In this document: positions 18,824 to 28,591 of the stretch, piece after piece | How the letters are laid out: each line of letters begins with the position of its first letter | How positions within the stretch are numbered: position 1 is the stretch's first letter | Assembly: GCA_043732305.1 (NCBI GenBank) | Contig: JAYTHU010000102.1 | Span: 59,750 to 123,749, forward strand | Source: Oligoflexia bacterium | Lineage (GTDB): Bacteria > Bdellovibrionota > Bdellovibrionia > JABDDW01 | Direction of reading: 5' to 3' | DNA: 64,000 nt | Made by a program: the position numbers and the translations under genes | The notes under the pieces: generated by a model | Told to the model about the DNA's origin: nothing | Databases searched by the model: none | Seen by the model: the letters and a program-made list of their open reading frames with translations, nothing else

Positions 18824-19177
18824 TTTCGAGATCGCGGAGTAACCTTCTCCACTGATTGACTCACCGCTAATTCCGCCGCGTTAGTAGAATTTCCTGCAAC
18901 CTCGTTATTTGATTTTTCTCTAATTTTAGTTTTTACTTTAGCCTCAGACTTAGTTTTGATTTCGGTTTTCGCGGACAGAAATCTAAAACAACCGTTATGG
19001 CTTATAACTTTTTTTTAAGCCTAACCCTCTCTACCAACAAAACGCAGTGACCACGAATAATTGGAAAGCTTCCAAAATTAATCATAACTTTCCGCACGCC
19101 AAACCAACAACCCCAACACCAAAACCCCAACCGAGCGAAGAATTTGACAAATCCCGGTTCGAGTACATATTCCCTTT

Positions 19178-21610
19178 ATGGACAACGACACAGAGAAACC
19201 TGACCTTAAAAAGCCCGACACAAAGAAGAATAGCTCTCCGGCGATCACGCCGCAGGCTGCTGAAAAGACAGGGAAATCTAACATCATTCCGATTTCTGAA
19301 TTATTGCCCTCGAGACTTCCAATTCTACAGATCAGTCATGGGATTATTTTTCCTGGAATGATTGTGCCAATGATCTTCTCCAAGGATCATCACAAGAACT
19401 TCATGCATTTCATTCTGACTCAAAGTAAAGAATCACCATTTGTGGGAATTATTGTGAATTCTAACGCTGAAACTGAAGGCGTAAAATCAGGCCAGGTCGG
19501 AGTTGCCGCCCGAGTGATAAAGCGAATTCATCTTCCTGACGGCGCCATTTCTGTTTTATTTAGTTGCATCAAGCGATTCCAAACTGGACAAGTTTTTAAT
19601 ATTCAACATGACGTGAGTGCCAGTCAGGTCTCATACAAAGACGATATTTTTTATGCAGACACTGAAACGGAAGCTTACGCTCGCACTGTTTTGAATCAGT
19701 TCAAAATTATCAGCCAAGAGAATCCTCTCATCAACGAAGAGATGCGATTGGCTTTGGCTAATGTTGATGGCCCGGGCAAAATGAGCGATTTGTTGGCCAG
19801 TATTCTTATTCGCGATCAAGACGTCTACAAAGATTTTCTTGGCACGTATGATGTGAAACTTCGACTCGAGAAACTTCTTTTAGTTTTGAAAAAAGAAATG
19901 GAAGTTCATCAGCTTCAATCTAAAATCACAGAAGAAATAAATCAAAATGTTTCTAAACAGCAACGAGATTTCTTTCTTAGCGAGCAATTGAAACTTATCA
20001 AAAAGGAATTAGGCCATAGCGAAGACGATAAAACAAATGCTGTAAAAAAATTCTCCGACAGAGTCGCGGGCTTAAAACTTCCAGATGAAACAGACAGGCG
20101 TTATAAAGACGAACTTGAAAAATTGCACCTTTTGAATGAGAACAGTCCCGAGTACGGCGTCACCTACAATTATCTCGATTGGCTGACATCACTTCCATGG
20201 GGAATCAACTCGGAAGAAAATCACAATATCAAAAAAGCACAGAGAATTTTGCAGGAAGACCATTACGGACTTCAAGATGTGAAAGATCGTATTTTAGAGT
20301 TTATAGCCGTAAGAAAACTCAAGAACAACACCAAGGGCAGTATTATTTGTCTCGTGGGTCCTCCCGGAGTTGGAAAAACATCGCTCGGAAAATCTATTGC
20401 TCGTGCGTTGAATCGCCCTTTCTATAGATTCAGTGTTGGTGGTATGCGCGATGAAGCTGAGATCAAAGGTCACAGACGAACCTACATTGGTTCTATGCCT
20501 GGTAAAGTCATTCAAGGTTTGAAAAAAACCGGTGTGAACAATCCAGTCTTCATGATCGATGAAATCGACAAAATGGGACACGATTTTAGAGGTGACCCTG
20601 CTTCCAGTTTGCTCGAGGTTTTAGATCCCGAGCAAAATGCAGAATTTATGGATCACTATTTAGATGTCACTTTTGATGCCAGCAATATTTTATTTGTTTG
20701 CACTGCCAATCAATTGGACACAATCGCTCAGCCACTTTTGGATCGCATGCAGATTATTCGCATTCCCGGTTACATCATGGATGAGAAGATCGCTATCGCA
20801 AAAAAATATGTTGTGCCTAAACAGATAGAAAAAAACGGGCTGAAAAAATCTCAGATGATTTTGGGCGATAAAACTCTCAAAGCTTTGGTTGATGGGTACG
20901 CTCGTGAGGCAGGCGTGCGTGGACTCGAGCAGTTCATAGAAAAGCTTTGTCGCAAACAAGCTTTGAAAATTGCGACCGGCAAAAAATTTAAACCTACAAT
21001 CCTACCTAAGGATCTCGAAAATTTAATCGGCAGTCCTTATTTTACAAATAACGGAAAGCCCACTCTCAAGCCTGGAATGGCTATCGGACTTGCTTGGACG
21101 GCCATGGGCGGAGAAACTCTTGTTCTTGAAAGTGTGGCCACACATGGAAAAGATGGAGCGCTCAAACTGACCGGCCAACTTGGAAATGTGATGACTGAAA
21201 GTGCGAATATCGCCTGGACGTACGTCAAGAAAGCACTTCCCAAATCTGAATTTTTTAAAGAAAACACCGTGCACGTGCATTTTCCAGCGGGAGCAGTTCC
21301 CAAAGACGGACCCAGCGCGGGTATCACGCTTGCAACCAGCTTGTTTAGTTTGGTGACCGGAAAACGAGTGAAGAAGGACCTGGTTATGACTGGAGAACTC
21401 ACTCTCACGGGTCAGGTTTTGCCAGTCGGCGGAATCAGAGAAAAAGTAATTGCCGCCAGACGAAACGGTTACAAAGAAGTGATTTTACCTTTTCAGAACA
21501 AGCGAGACCTCAAAGAGATTCCTCTGAGTGTGAAAAAGGGATTGAAATTTCATTTGGTCAAGGAAATGGATGAGGTTGTTAAGATTGCCTTGGGTTCAGC
21601 GTTAAGATAA
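19178..21610 (+). CDS. lon: ATP-dependent Lon protease
   Basis: GPPGVGKTS, DEAEIKGHRRTY, DEIDK, PKDGPSAG, GGIREK. Confidence 0.97.
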   Translation: MDNDTEKPDLKKPDTKKNSSPAITPQAAEKTGKSNIIPISELLPSRLPILQISHGIIFPGMIVPMIFSKDHHKNFMHFILTQSKESPFVGIIVNSNAETEGVKSGQVGVAARVIKRIHLPDGAISVLFSCIKRFQTGQVFNIQHDVSASQVSYKDDIFYADTETEAYARTVLNQFKIISQENPLINEEMRLALANVDGPGKMSDLLASILIRDQDVYKDFLGTYDVKLRLEKLLLVLKKEMEVHQLQSKITEEINQNVSKQQRDFFLSEQLKLIKKELGHSEDDKTNAVKKFSDRVAGLKLPDETDRRYKDELEKLHLLNENSPEYGVTYNYLDWLTSLPWGINSEENHNIKKAQRILQEDHYGLQDVKDRILEFIAVRKLKNNTKGSIICLVGPPGVGKTSLGKSIARALNRPFYRFSVGGMRDEAEIKGHRRTYIGSMPGKVIQGLKKTGVNNPVFMIDEIDKMGHDFRGDPASSLLEVLDPEQNAEFMDHYLDVTFDASNILFVCTANQLDTIAQPLLDRMQIIRIPGYIMDEKIAIAKKYVVPKQIEKNGLKKSQMILGDKTLKALVDGYAREAGVRGLEQFIEKLCRKQALKIATGKKFKPTILPKDLENLIGSPYFTNNGKPTLKPGMAIGLAWTAMGGETLVLESVATHGKDGALKLTGQLGNVMTESANIAWTYVKKALPKSEFFKENTVHVHFPAGAVPKDGPSAGITLATSLFSLVTGKRVKKDLVMTGELTLTGQVLPVGGIREKVIAARRNGYKEVILPFQNKRDLKEIPLSVKKGLKFHLVKEMDEVVKIALGSALR

Positions 21611-21627
21611 ACTTGAACTAATCCTAA

Positions 21628-23262
21628 ATGCGACTTGAGGGCTTAATGCTGATATTCTTAATTTTCTCTACGTTGTTCAGTGGCCATCAAGCTCAAGCCC
21701 AAGTCAAAATGCAATTGCGTGTTGATCCTATCTCTGCGCATGCGGGAGACACAGTTAAAGTCTCCGTTGATTTGTCCATCAGCACTCCCCACCATGTCCT
21801 CACAGATGTTTTGAAACTCAAGATTGAAAATCCTGAAGGATTTGTTTTAGGTAAACTCTCAGCAACGCCGGTCAAAATGTTCTTTGATCGATTCTCAAAT
21901 AAAAATCGCGAGACCTTGGAGGATCAAGGAACTGTCACGGCCGATCTGCAAGTGCCGTCCACAATTGGGGCCGGCAAACGCGTTCTTAACTTTCTATTTA
22001 CCTATCAAGCCTGCAGCGTGAAGTATTGTCTGTTTCCAAAAACGGTACCACTGCAAGCGGAAATAGCGATATTGGCCACGACTATGAATCCAGGCAGCAG
22101 TGCAGTCAGTGACGCCGATGGCGCGACATCATCCGGATTCTCTTCCAGCAATGGATTTGCAAAAGCCTTGGCGCGCGGAAAATTCTGGGCCTACCTCTTT
22201 GTATTTATTGGTGGCATTCTCACCAGCTTCACTCCTTGTATTTTCCCCATGATCCCAATCACGATTTCCATCATTGGAGCCAAAGCCGCTCAGGATAAAA
22301 AATCTCGCGCCTTTGCTTTGAGCCTTTGCTACGTGCTGGGAATCGCCGTGACATATTCCATGCTAGGAGTTTTAGCGGCTAGCACAGGCGCGTTCTTTGG
22401 CGCGTTCCTTGGAAATATTTGGGTTGTTGGTTTTGTGGCACTTGTGTTTCTAATTATGGGCTTGAGCATGCTTGGATTATTCGAACTTCAAGCTCCAACT
22501 TTCTTAAGAAATTCACTCGGCACGGCCAAAGTGGGCTCAGGATTTATTGGAGCCTTTTTTGTGGGATTGGTTTCCGGCTTGGTCGCATCACCATGTATTG
22601 GTCCAGTGTTGGTTGGAATTCTTACTTATGTGGCTCAATCTGCGACCGCCGGGCATCCCCAAATTTTCTTCGGCTTCACTTTGCTCTTCACGTTTGCGAT
22701 TGGAATGGGACTTATTTTCTTGGTCTTGGGAACCTTCTCCGGCCTCATGTCCAAACTTCCACGCTCTGGGATGTGGATGAGCAAAATCAAAATCGTCTTT
22801 GGTCTCGCACTCATTGCGATGGCATTTTATTACACGATGCCTTTCTGGTCGAAACTCAAAGGTCTTCCCGTTTCAGGCTCAACCACTCAGGTGGAAGCTA
22901 GAAAAACTTCCAGTGTTATGAACTGGCAGAATTATTCGGATGATTTAGTGAAACAGGCAAAAACGAATAATCAGCCTGTCATTGTCGATTTTGGTGCGGA
23001 CTGGTGTCTCGCTTGTCATGAGCTTGATGATCGCACTTATCTTGATCCAAAAGTTGGCGAAGCCTCCAAAACTTTTATGCTTCTGAGAGTGGACGCCACC
23101 CAGCAGACCCCCGAGAACGAAGCCCTTCAGAAAAAATACAACGTCATTGGTTTACCTACCGTGCTTTTCATAAATGCAAACGGCGACGTGGTAAAATCCT
23201 TGAGCATCACTGGGTTTGTAAAAGCCGATGAATTCTTAAGGCGCATGGCGAAGGTAAAATAA
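21628..23262 (+). CDS. dsbD: Thiol:disulfide interchange protein DsbD
   Basis: N-domain QAC...C, TM domain TPC and SPC, C-terminal WCLAC thioredoxin. Confidence 0.92.
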   Translation: MRLEGLMLIFLIFSTLFSGHQAQAQVKMQLRVDPISAHAGDTVKVSVDLSISTPHHVLTDVLKLKIENPEGFVLGKLSATPVKMFFDRFSNKNRETLEDQGTVTADLQVPSTIGAGKRVLNFLFTYQACSVKYCLFPKTVPLQAEIAILATTMNPGSSAVSDADGATSSGFSSSNGFAKALARGKFWAYLFVFIGGILTSFTPCIFPMIPITISIIGAKAAQDKKSRAFALSLCYVLGIAVTYSMLGVLAASTGAFFGAFLGNIWVVGFVALVFLIMGLSMLGLFELQAPTFLRNSLGTAKVGSGFIGAFFVGLVSGLVASPCIGPVLVGILTYVAQSATAGHPQIFFGFTLLFTFAIGMGLIFLVLGTFSGLMSKLPRSGMWMSKIKIVFGLALIAMAFYYTMPFWSKLKGLPVSGSTTQVEARKTSSVMNWQNYSDDLVKQAKTNNQPVIVDFGADWCLACHELDDRTYLDPKVGEASKTFMLLRVDATQQTPENEALQKKYNVIGLPTVLFINANGDVVKSLSITGFVKADEFLRRMAKVK

Positions 23263-23275
23263 ACATTCAGAATAT

Positions 23276-24088
23276 TTAGGTCGGCCGGACTTTCATCCAG
23301 TCCATAGTGAGACAGTAAAGGTTTTCCGAATCCGATGCCATCACAGTTTTCTGAATCTCTTCTATCATCGCCACCAATTTTTCTTTTATCTTTCCGAAAT
23401 CTTTTTCACTGAGCACGCAAGGAAAAGTGAATGCCAGTTCGGAGTTTTGCACATCATCTATTTGTTCAATAACTTTCAGCCGCCAGTTCGTGTGATGGCG
23501 AGAAACCAAAGCGGAATCTCTTTGTGCGTAGGTTTTAACGGCACCGTAATTCAAAACGCCATTTTCTTCTGTAACCAAACCTCGACTGATTAAAAATTCT
23601 AAACTGCGATTGATCCTGTCTAGCGGAAGATCTAATCTTTGCGAAACTGCGGCAGCGCTCTGATACTGAGGGATGTCGCTGAGAAGCCTGATCGCTACGT
23701 TCAACCAATTTGAATAGAAAAGCGCCTGATCTCTTTCATCGAGAGTATTTTTAATCTCCAAACGTTCAGAAAGATTTTGTGAACGCTCTTTTAATTTTGC
23801 GAGTTGTCTGCGACAAAACTGCTTAGCTAGTTGATCCCCTGCCCTTTCAAACTGGACGAGCATCACAAGATATTCCGTTTCCATCTCGCTCATTCCAAAA
23901 AATTTCGAAAGCTTTAATGTTTGTTCTAAGCTGAGGTTCGACTCACCTTTAAAAACGTGAGTGACCATTGTCGTATGTATGCCCAAAGCTTGGGCGATCT
24001 TACGAAATTCCCCATGCCCTTTCTTTGGGTAAGTGAGAAGCCTTTCGCGAACAAAATCTTTATAATTATCGTAATCGAAGGCCTTCAT
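23276..24088 (-). CDS. TIGR02147/DUF4423-family protein with N-terminal HTH
   Basis: FDYDNYKDF, HTH-like IAQALGIHTTMVTHVFKG, FYSNW, HHTNWR; family expanded in Bdellovibrionota and Fibrobacterota (recognised from memory). Confidence 0.8.
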   Translation of the reverse strand: MKAFDYDNYKDFVRERLLTYPKKGHGEFRKIAQALGIHTTMVTHVFKGESNLSLEQTLKLSKFFGMSEMETEYLVMLVQFERAGDQLAKQFCRRQLAKLKERSQNLSERLEIKNTLDERDQALFYSNWLNVAIRLLSDIPQYQSAAAVSQRLDLPLDRINRSLEFLISRGLVTEENGVLNYGAVKTYAQRDSALVSRHHTNWRLKVIEQIDDVQNSELAFTFPCVLSEKDFGKIKEKLVAMIEEIQKTVMASDSENLYCLTMDWMKVRPT

Positions 24089-24130
24089 ATGTATCTAATA
24101 TACCTCAGCTTACTTATATAGTTTAGTTTT

Positions 24131-24198
24131 ATTCATTTATAACGATGAATATTTAGAAACATAATCTATCGCTTATGACGCTATGCATTTATAACCAT
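24131..24198. repeat. Pair of 16-bp direct repeats (candidate operator/UAS)
   Basis: ATTCATTTATAACGAT (24131-24146) and ATGCATTTATAACCAT (24183-24198), offset 52 bp; the first lies within the palindrome TATTCAT-N8-ATGAATA. Confidence 0.5.
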
Positions 24199-24214
24199 TC
24201 TATACCGCATGGTG

Positions 24215-24230
24215 CGGCACACTCAATGCA
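24215..24230 (+). promoter_or_regulatory. Putative sigma54 promoter
   Basis: CGGCACACTCAATGCA = GG-N10-GC, upstream of the RBS and ATG 24263. Confidence 0.6.
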
Positions 24231-24262
24231 CTCCTGAAAGAGTGCCCACAGGAAAGGTTTTT

Positions 24263-25264
24263 ATGAAGAACTTAGTTTTAACGATTTTAGTTTTATTGGC
24301 TTCTGCCTCAAGCTATGCCGGCAAAGGTGAAGGCGGTGGTGGCAACATCATCAAGAGCACGCCTGCAGAAGTCAAAAATGCAATTCAACAAAGTGGCTTG
24401 GGTTATCGCTGGTTGCTAAAAGAGCTTCGCGCCGAAATAACCGAAGGCAATTCGCTCCAAATTAGAAATCCAAAACTTCGCAAAATTTTCACCGATATCA
24501 CTTCGCTGAAGGAAGTCTCAGATATGCTGGATAAAAATCAGGGAATCTTCATGATAGAATCAACGGATGGTCCGTGCATGCACGAGGGTAAACCCAATGA
24601 CAGCTCTATTTCTCAAGCCGAAGGTGAGGTCCCTAGAATTTGCATGAGCATCCCCCGCCTCCGACAATATCCAAAGGAAGCGTTAACAACTCAAATCGCA
24701 GCCCTCGTGGTTCATGAATTTTCTCACCTTGCTGGTTACACAGAAAATATTGCGAGAAATGTAGTTCAACCTTTCGCACTTTCACTTATGGCGCGTGATT
24801 GTAACCTTGAAATGTATTTGGAATCGACGGATGAGGCCAAGCAAACTCCAGGAGAGAAGAAAGCACGAATATTCACCCCTCCAGGGCAGTATCAAAATGT
24901 ATTAGTTGCCGATCGTATCGTCATTTACTTGAGAGAATTTGATAAATTTATCACCTCAGACAGTGGGACGATTGTTGAATATGAAGCCAACTGGGGTGGT
25001 TATAGCTCCAACGTGAAGACTGCCGTAGAAACTACTTTGGAATTCAACAAAACTATTCTAAATCGGAACTCGATCTCCTCCACATTTACTTACCGCGATG
25101 TGAACGGAAAGCTCGCACTAACCACTTTGAAAGTAAAAAATCCGCGCAGAGATAATCTTGGGAATGTGTCTTTTGATTCGGGCAGTTTTTATCCAGAAGT
25201 GAAAATTGCGGGAAAAAAGCGGAAGCTAGACCGTGTCTCTTACTCCCAGGAATGTTTTAATTGA
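24263..25264 (+). CDS. Secreted hypothetical protein with HExxH motif
   Basis: Start MKNLVLTILVLLASASSYA (signal peptide, GGAAAGG RBS), then GKGEGGGG; VVHEFSHLAGY. Confidence 0.78.
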   Translation: MKNLVLTILVLLASASSYAGKGEGGGGNIIKSTPAEVKNAIQQSGLGYRWLLKELRAEITEGNSLQIRNPKLRKIFTDITSLKEVSDMLDKNQGIFMIESTDGPCMHEGKPNDSSISQAEGEVPRICMSIPRLRQYPKEALTTQIAALVVHEFSHLAGYTENIARNVVQPFALSLMARDCNLEMYLESTDEAKQTPGEKKARIFTPPGQYQNVLVADRIVIYLREFDKFITSDSGTIVEYEANWGGYSSNVKTAVETTLEFNKTILNRNSISSTFTYRDVNGKLALTTLKVKNPRRDNLGNVSFDSGSFYPEVKIAGKKRKLDRVSYSQECFN

Positions 25265-25303
25265 AAAGTTACATGGTTTTGCAATAAACGGACGGCTCAA
25301 AGA

Positions 25304-25807
25304 CTAGAGTTTTTTGAGCCGTTCGATTTGCCTGCGGGCATCGTCAATGATTTCTTGTTGCTTAACAATGGCCAGAGATTGATTGTCGATAAGTTTGGTA
25401 GCCTGGGACAAACGTAAATCAAACTGTTGAATGATTTGGTTGTGGCGTTCGATGATAGTTTCTACCTTAGCTTCGCCCATGTGTTTTTCACGAACTCGAC
25501 CTGAAAGTTCGGCCCACTTGTCCTGAGTTTCACGCTGAATCATATTGAGGCGCTCTTCGAAAACCGTCAGTCTCTGAAGAATTTTTTCGGTTTTGAATCC
25601 ATGCTGCTTACTGAAATCCTGTGAATCAAACCGCAACTTGTCTAATTCTTCTTTAAGCTCGACGATTTTGTCTAATACGATACTAGGCTCACTGCTAAAC
25701 AAGCCCTCGAACTCACGCTCTAAAGAACCTCCGAAGGAACCGTTTGATCCTTGAAGACTTTGTTGAGGGTGTTCGCCAAATAATCCGGGATGCAGTTGTC
25801 TTGACAT
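25304..25807 (-). CDS. Hypothetical coiled-coil protein
   Basis: 167 aa ORF, heptad-rich C-terminal two thirds, AGAAGG RBS. Confidence 0.75.
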   Translation of the reverse strand: MSRQLHPGLFGEHPQQSLQGSNGSFGGSLEREFEGLFSSEPSIVLDKIVELKEELDKLRFDSQDFSKQHGFKTEKILQRLTVFEERLNMIQRETQDKWAELSGRVREKHMGEAKVETIIERHNQIIQQFDLRLSQATKLIDNQSLAIVKQQEIIDDARRQIERLKKL

Positions 25808-25870
25808 CCTTCTATCTCAGCATAGAAAAATACTATAGACAAGTCCGGTCGCGGCTCTTTATCCTTATAG

Positions 25871-26845
25871 ATGATGGCAAGCCCAATACAAGTCAGTCAA
25901 TTGACTACATTTATCCTCGCCCATTTGACCGAAGAAGATGCGGGCCGCGTGGCTTTGTATCATTATCTCAAAAATTTCTGTCGAGAAAATGAACCCGTCC
26001 AACCCACACTCATCAATCAGTTTTTCTCGGAATGTCTACAGATGGCATTTTGGCAGGAAAGAAAAAATGAACTTCACAAAGATGTAAAAGATTTGTTGAG
26101 TGCGTTTTATACAGCCAATCGAGTGGCGCTTTCTCTCGATCCTTTATGGGATCTTTCGAAAATGCAAATCATCGGACTCACTCAAAATGAAAATCTTTAT
26201 CACACGGTGAAAAATTTTGAGACAGCACTTGTGTTGGAAGCAGAAACTTTACGTTTGATCAATGAAAGCGACACGCGAGTGATCGCACTGAAGAAAAATT
26301 CTCAAGGACAAATTTCCGTGCGCACTTACAATAATCAAGTGCGGATTCAGGGCTATCAACTTTATCCGTTAGCCCCCGATCAAGAACTTTCCTACAATCC
26401 ACTTTTGGAATTAAATTCTCATGTGGTTCAGCGAGTGAAACTCACACCTCATCTTCAAGTTCGATTTGAAATAAACGATGATGGCGTCATCGCGCAAAGT
26501 ATTTCCGGATATGCGTTCAGGCAAAGTCAGATTTTGCGGCTCGCTCATCTCGGAGAATTTCCGGCGCTTTTCTATCATTTGAAGCGTTTGGAGAGATTCT
26601 ACGTTTATCGGACCAGCGATCCCTACTATGTCGAACTTGTGTCCACCCTCGACAAAGCGCTGCAGTTGATACAAACTGGCGAGCCCGGAGCCGAGGCTTT
26701 TGCCCGAAATGTTTTCGAATCGGCCCAAATCGCCTTTGACCAGGTGTTTCCAGATGACAAAACACTGTATATTAAACTAAAAGAACTAGCGAAGGGCATG
26801 ACTTTACAGAAGCCCCGCGCCAATAATCTAAAACAGGAAGTTTAA
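25871..26845 (+). CDS. Hypothetical protein
   Basis: 324 aa ORF, directly followed by rluB; no motif recognised. Confidence 0.78.
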   Translation: MMASPIQVSQLTTFILAHLTEEDAGRVALYHYLKNFCRENEPVQPTLINQFFSECLQMAFWQERKNELHKDVKDLLSAFYTANRVALSLDPLWDLSKMQIIGLTQNENLYHTVKNFETALVLEAETLRLINESDTRVIALKKNSQGQISVRTYNNQVRIQGYQLYPLAPDQELSYNPLLELNSHVVQRVKLTPHLQVRFEINDDGVIAQSISGYAFRQSQILRLAHLGEFPALFYHLKRLERFYVYRTSDPYYVELVSTLDKALQLIQTGEPGAEAFARNVFESAQIAFDQVFPDDKTLYIKLKELAKGMTLQKPRANNLKQEV

Positions 26846-27676
26846 GTGCCCGAACAAAAATCAGACCAAAAACCAGCCTACAAAGCAGCCGAGAAATCTG
26901 AACGCAGACCAAAACGAGAATCGAAAGTTTTGATAGCAGGCAAGGACGAACTCTACGTCCGTTTGCATAAATTCATCGCCGATTGCGGGATTGCTAGTCG
27001 TCGTAAAGCTGAAGACATGATCGAAGACCGCTTGGTCACTGTGAATGGTAAAGTTGTGATCGAAATGGGTTACAAGATCAATCCCAAAAAAGATTCCGTG
27101 AAAGTTCGCGGCAAGCTTGTTCAGATGAAAAACGAAACCGTTTACCTCATTCTCAATAAACCTACTCGTGTTTTGACAACGTTGAAAGATCCCGAGGGAC
27201 GCCCAACAGTTAAGGATCTGCTTGTTGGTTTCAAAACTCGCGTGGTTCCCGTTGGACGTATGGATTATGAGAGCGAAGGACTTTTGCTCTTAACAAACGA
27301 TGGCGATTTTGTTCAAGCGTTCAATCACCCCTCGAAAAAACTCACAAAAACATATCTTGTCAAGTTAGATGGCCAACCTACTCCTGAAGCTTTGCTGAAG
27401 TTAGAAGCCGGCATCACTTTAGCTGAAGGCAAAGTGAAAGCTTTGTCAGTTAAGAAAATGAAAACTGGAGCTCAGTACGATTGGATTCGGGTTTCATTGG
27501 TCGAAGGGCGAAATCAACAGTTGCAAAGAATGTTCGCAAAAATTGGTTTTGACGTTCTCAAAATCCGTCGAGTCGCCATCGGCAAACTCACACTCGGTGG
27601 GCTCGAACGCGGCGAATTCAAAGTTATTAGTTCAGACGAAGTCGGCAAAGTTTTTAAAGACTACGATAAAAATTAA
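26846..27676 (+). CDS. rluB: rRNA pseudouridine synthase (RluB/RsuA family)
   Basis: S4 domain RLHKFIADCGIASRRKAE, NKP, VGRMD (catalytic Asp), EGRN. Confidence 0.88.
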   Translation: MPEQKSDQKPAYKAAEKSERRPKRESKVLIAGKDELYVRLHKFIADCGIASRRKAEDMIEDRLVTVNGKVVIEMGYKINPKKDSVKVRGKLVQMKNETVYLILNKPTRVLTTLKDPEGRPTVKDLLVGFKTRVVPVGRMDYESEGLLLLTNDGDFVQAFNHPSKKLTKTYLVKLDGQPTPEALLKLEAGITLAEGKVKALSVKKMKTGAQYDWIRVSLVEGRNQQLQRMFAKIGFDVLKIRRVAIGKLTLGGLERGEFKVISSDEVGKVFKDYDKN

Positions 27677-27691
27677 TTAACGCATTAATTA

Positions 27692-28537
27692 TCAGTGACC
27701 CTGCTTAGAAGGTGTCGCAACTTGATTCAATTCTGAAGGATCACTCGCGGGCCAGCCGTCGCCACCTTTGTTCACATCCGTTTGTTCAGGAAGCGCGGGG
27801 CGATTAGAGCTACCGGTTGGAGCACCTTCAGTTTTGTAGGGCCAACCGTTATATGGCACGGGATTTTCGCGGCGTTCGTCTTTGGCTTTATCTCCGGCAG
27901 CTTTCATCTCACTGTAAATTTTTTGATACTCGGGGAATTCTTGTTTGAATTCTGTGCGCCGATTGGCAATATCGTTTTCAAATGTTTTTCGTTCTTCACG
28001 AACTACGTCTTCGAATTCATCACGCTCATCACGCAAGTCGGTGTTGAAACGGTCACGCTCGACAGATTGATTTTCCAGATACGATGAACGCTTCTCGGAA
28101 GAGTATTTGCCGGAAAGAAAATCATCGCGGTCCTCTTTTTGTTTATCTTGAAAACTTTTTCTTTTTTCAGCGGTATGGTGATTGAAGTCGTCGCGTTTGC
28201 GCCCTATCCGTTTTTCGAAATCGGCCCTATTTTTTCTAATTTCATCATCATATTTTTCACGAAGCTCACTGGGATCCATTTTGTGCTGCTTCCATCGAAG
28301 AAGAACATCGGCCAGACGATCGTTTGATTTTTTAGTTTCTTCGGGAATGTCTTTTCGAAGTTCGGCGATATCTTCGCGATCTTTTTTCAGGCTTTGCTCG
28401 CCTTCCATTTCTTCGCGCGTGGCCGGCTTGTCCGGGGAATGAGAACAACCTGCAAGGCCAAAGCCCAGCCCTGAAACGGAAATCATTATTGATATGATAG
28501 AGAATTTCGATTTTGAGAAAATTTCCGGGTTATTCAT
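27692..28537 (-). CDS. Hypothetical lipoprotein, charged coiled-coil
   Basis: LAGC lipobox followed by an E/K/R-rich helical region. Confidence 0.75.
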   Translation of the reverse strand: MNNPEIFSKSKFSIISIMISVSGLGFGLAGCSHSPDKPATREEMEGEQSLKKDREDIAELRKDIPEETKKSNDRLADVLLRWKQHKMDPSELREKYDDEIRKNRADFEKRIGRKRDDFNHHTAEKRKSFQDKQKEDRDDFLSGKYSSEKRSSYLENQSVERDRFNTDLRDERDEFEDVVREERKTFENDIANRRTEFKQEFPEYQKIYSEMKAAGDKAKDERRENPVPYNGWPYKTEGAPTGSSNRPALPEQTDVNKGGDGWPASDPSELNQVATPSKQGH

Positions 28538-28591
28538 ACCAAAAGTCTAGCATAGGAGTCCGATTCTGCAAGAAAATGCCGATAAGTTTAT

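Noticed and set aside
18824..19177. 354-bp fabI-lon spacer with low-complexity TTTAGTTTT-like and CCAA-like runs, and a K/E-rich minus-strand frame that would join an upstream ATG if the A8 run at ~19009-19016 were A9
   Set aside because: The frame has no upstream start as sequenced, overlaps the fabI 3' end antisense and resembles no protein I recognise. The repeats are irregular and not CRISPR-like.
28578..28585. GCCGATAA, a perfect sigma28 -10 element upstream of the HAMP-like gene
   Set aside because: No TAAA-like -35 element at the expected spacing; an 8-mer alone is insufficient.
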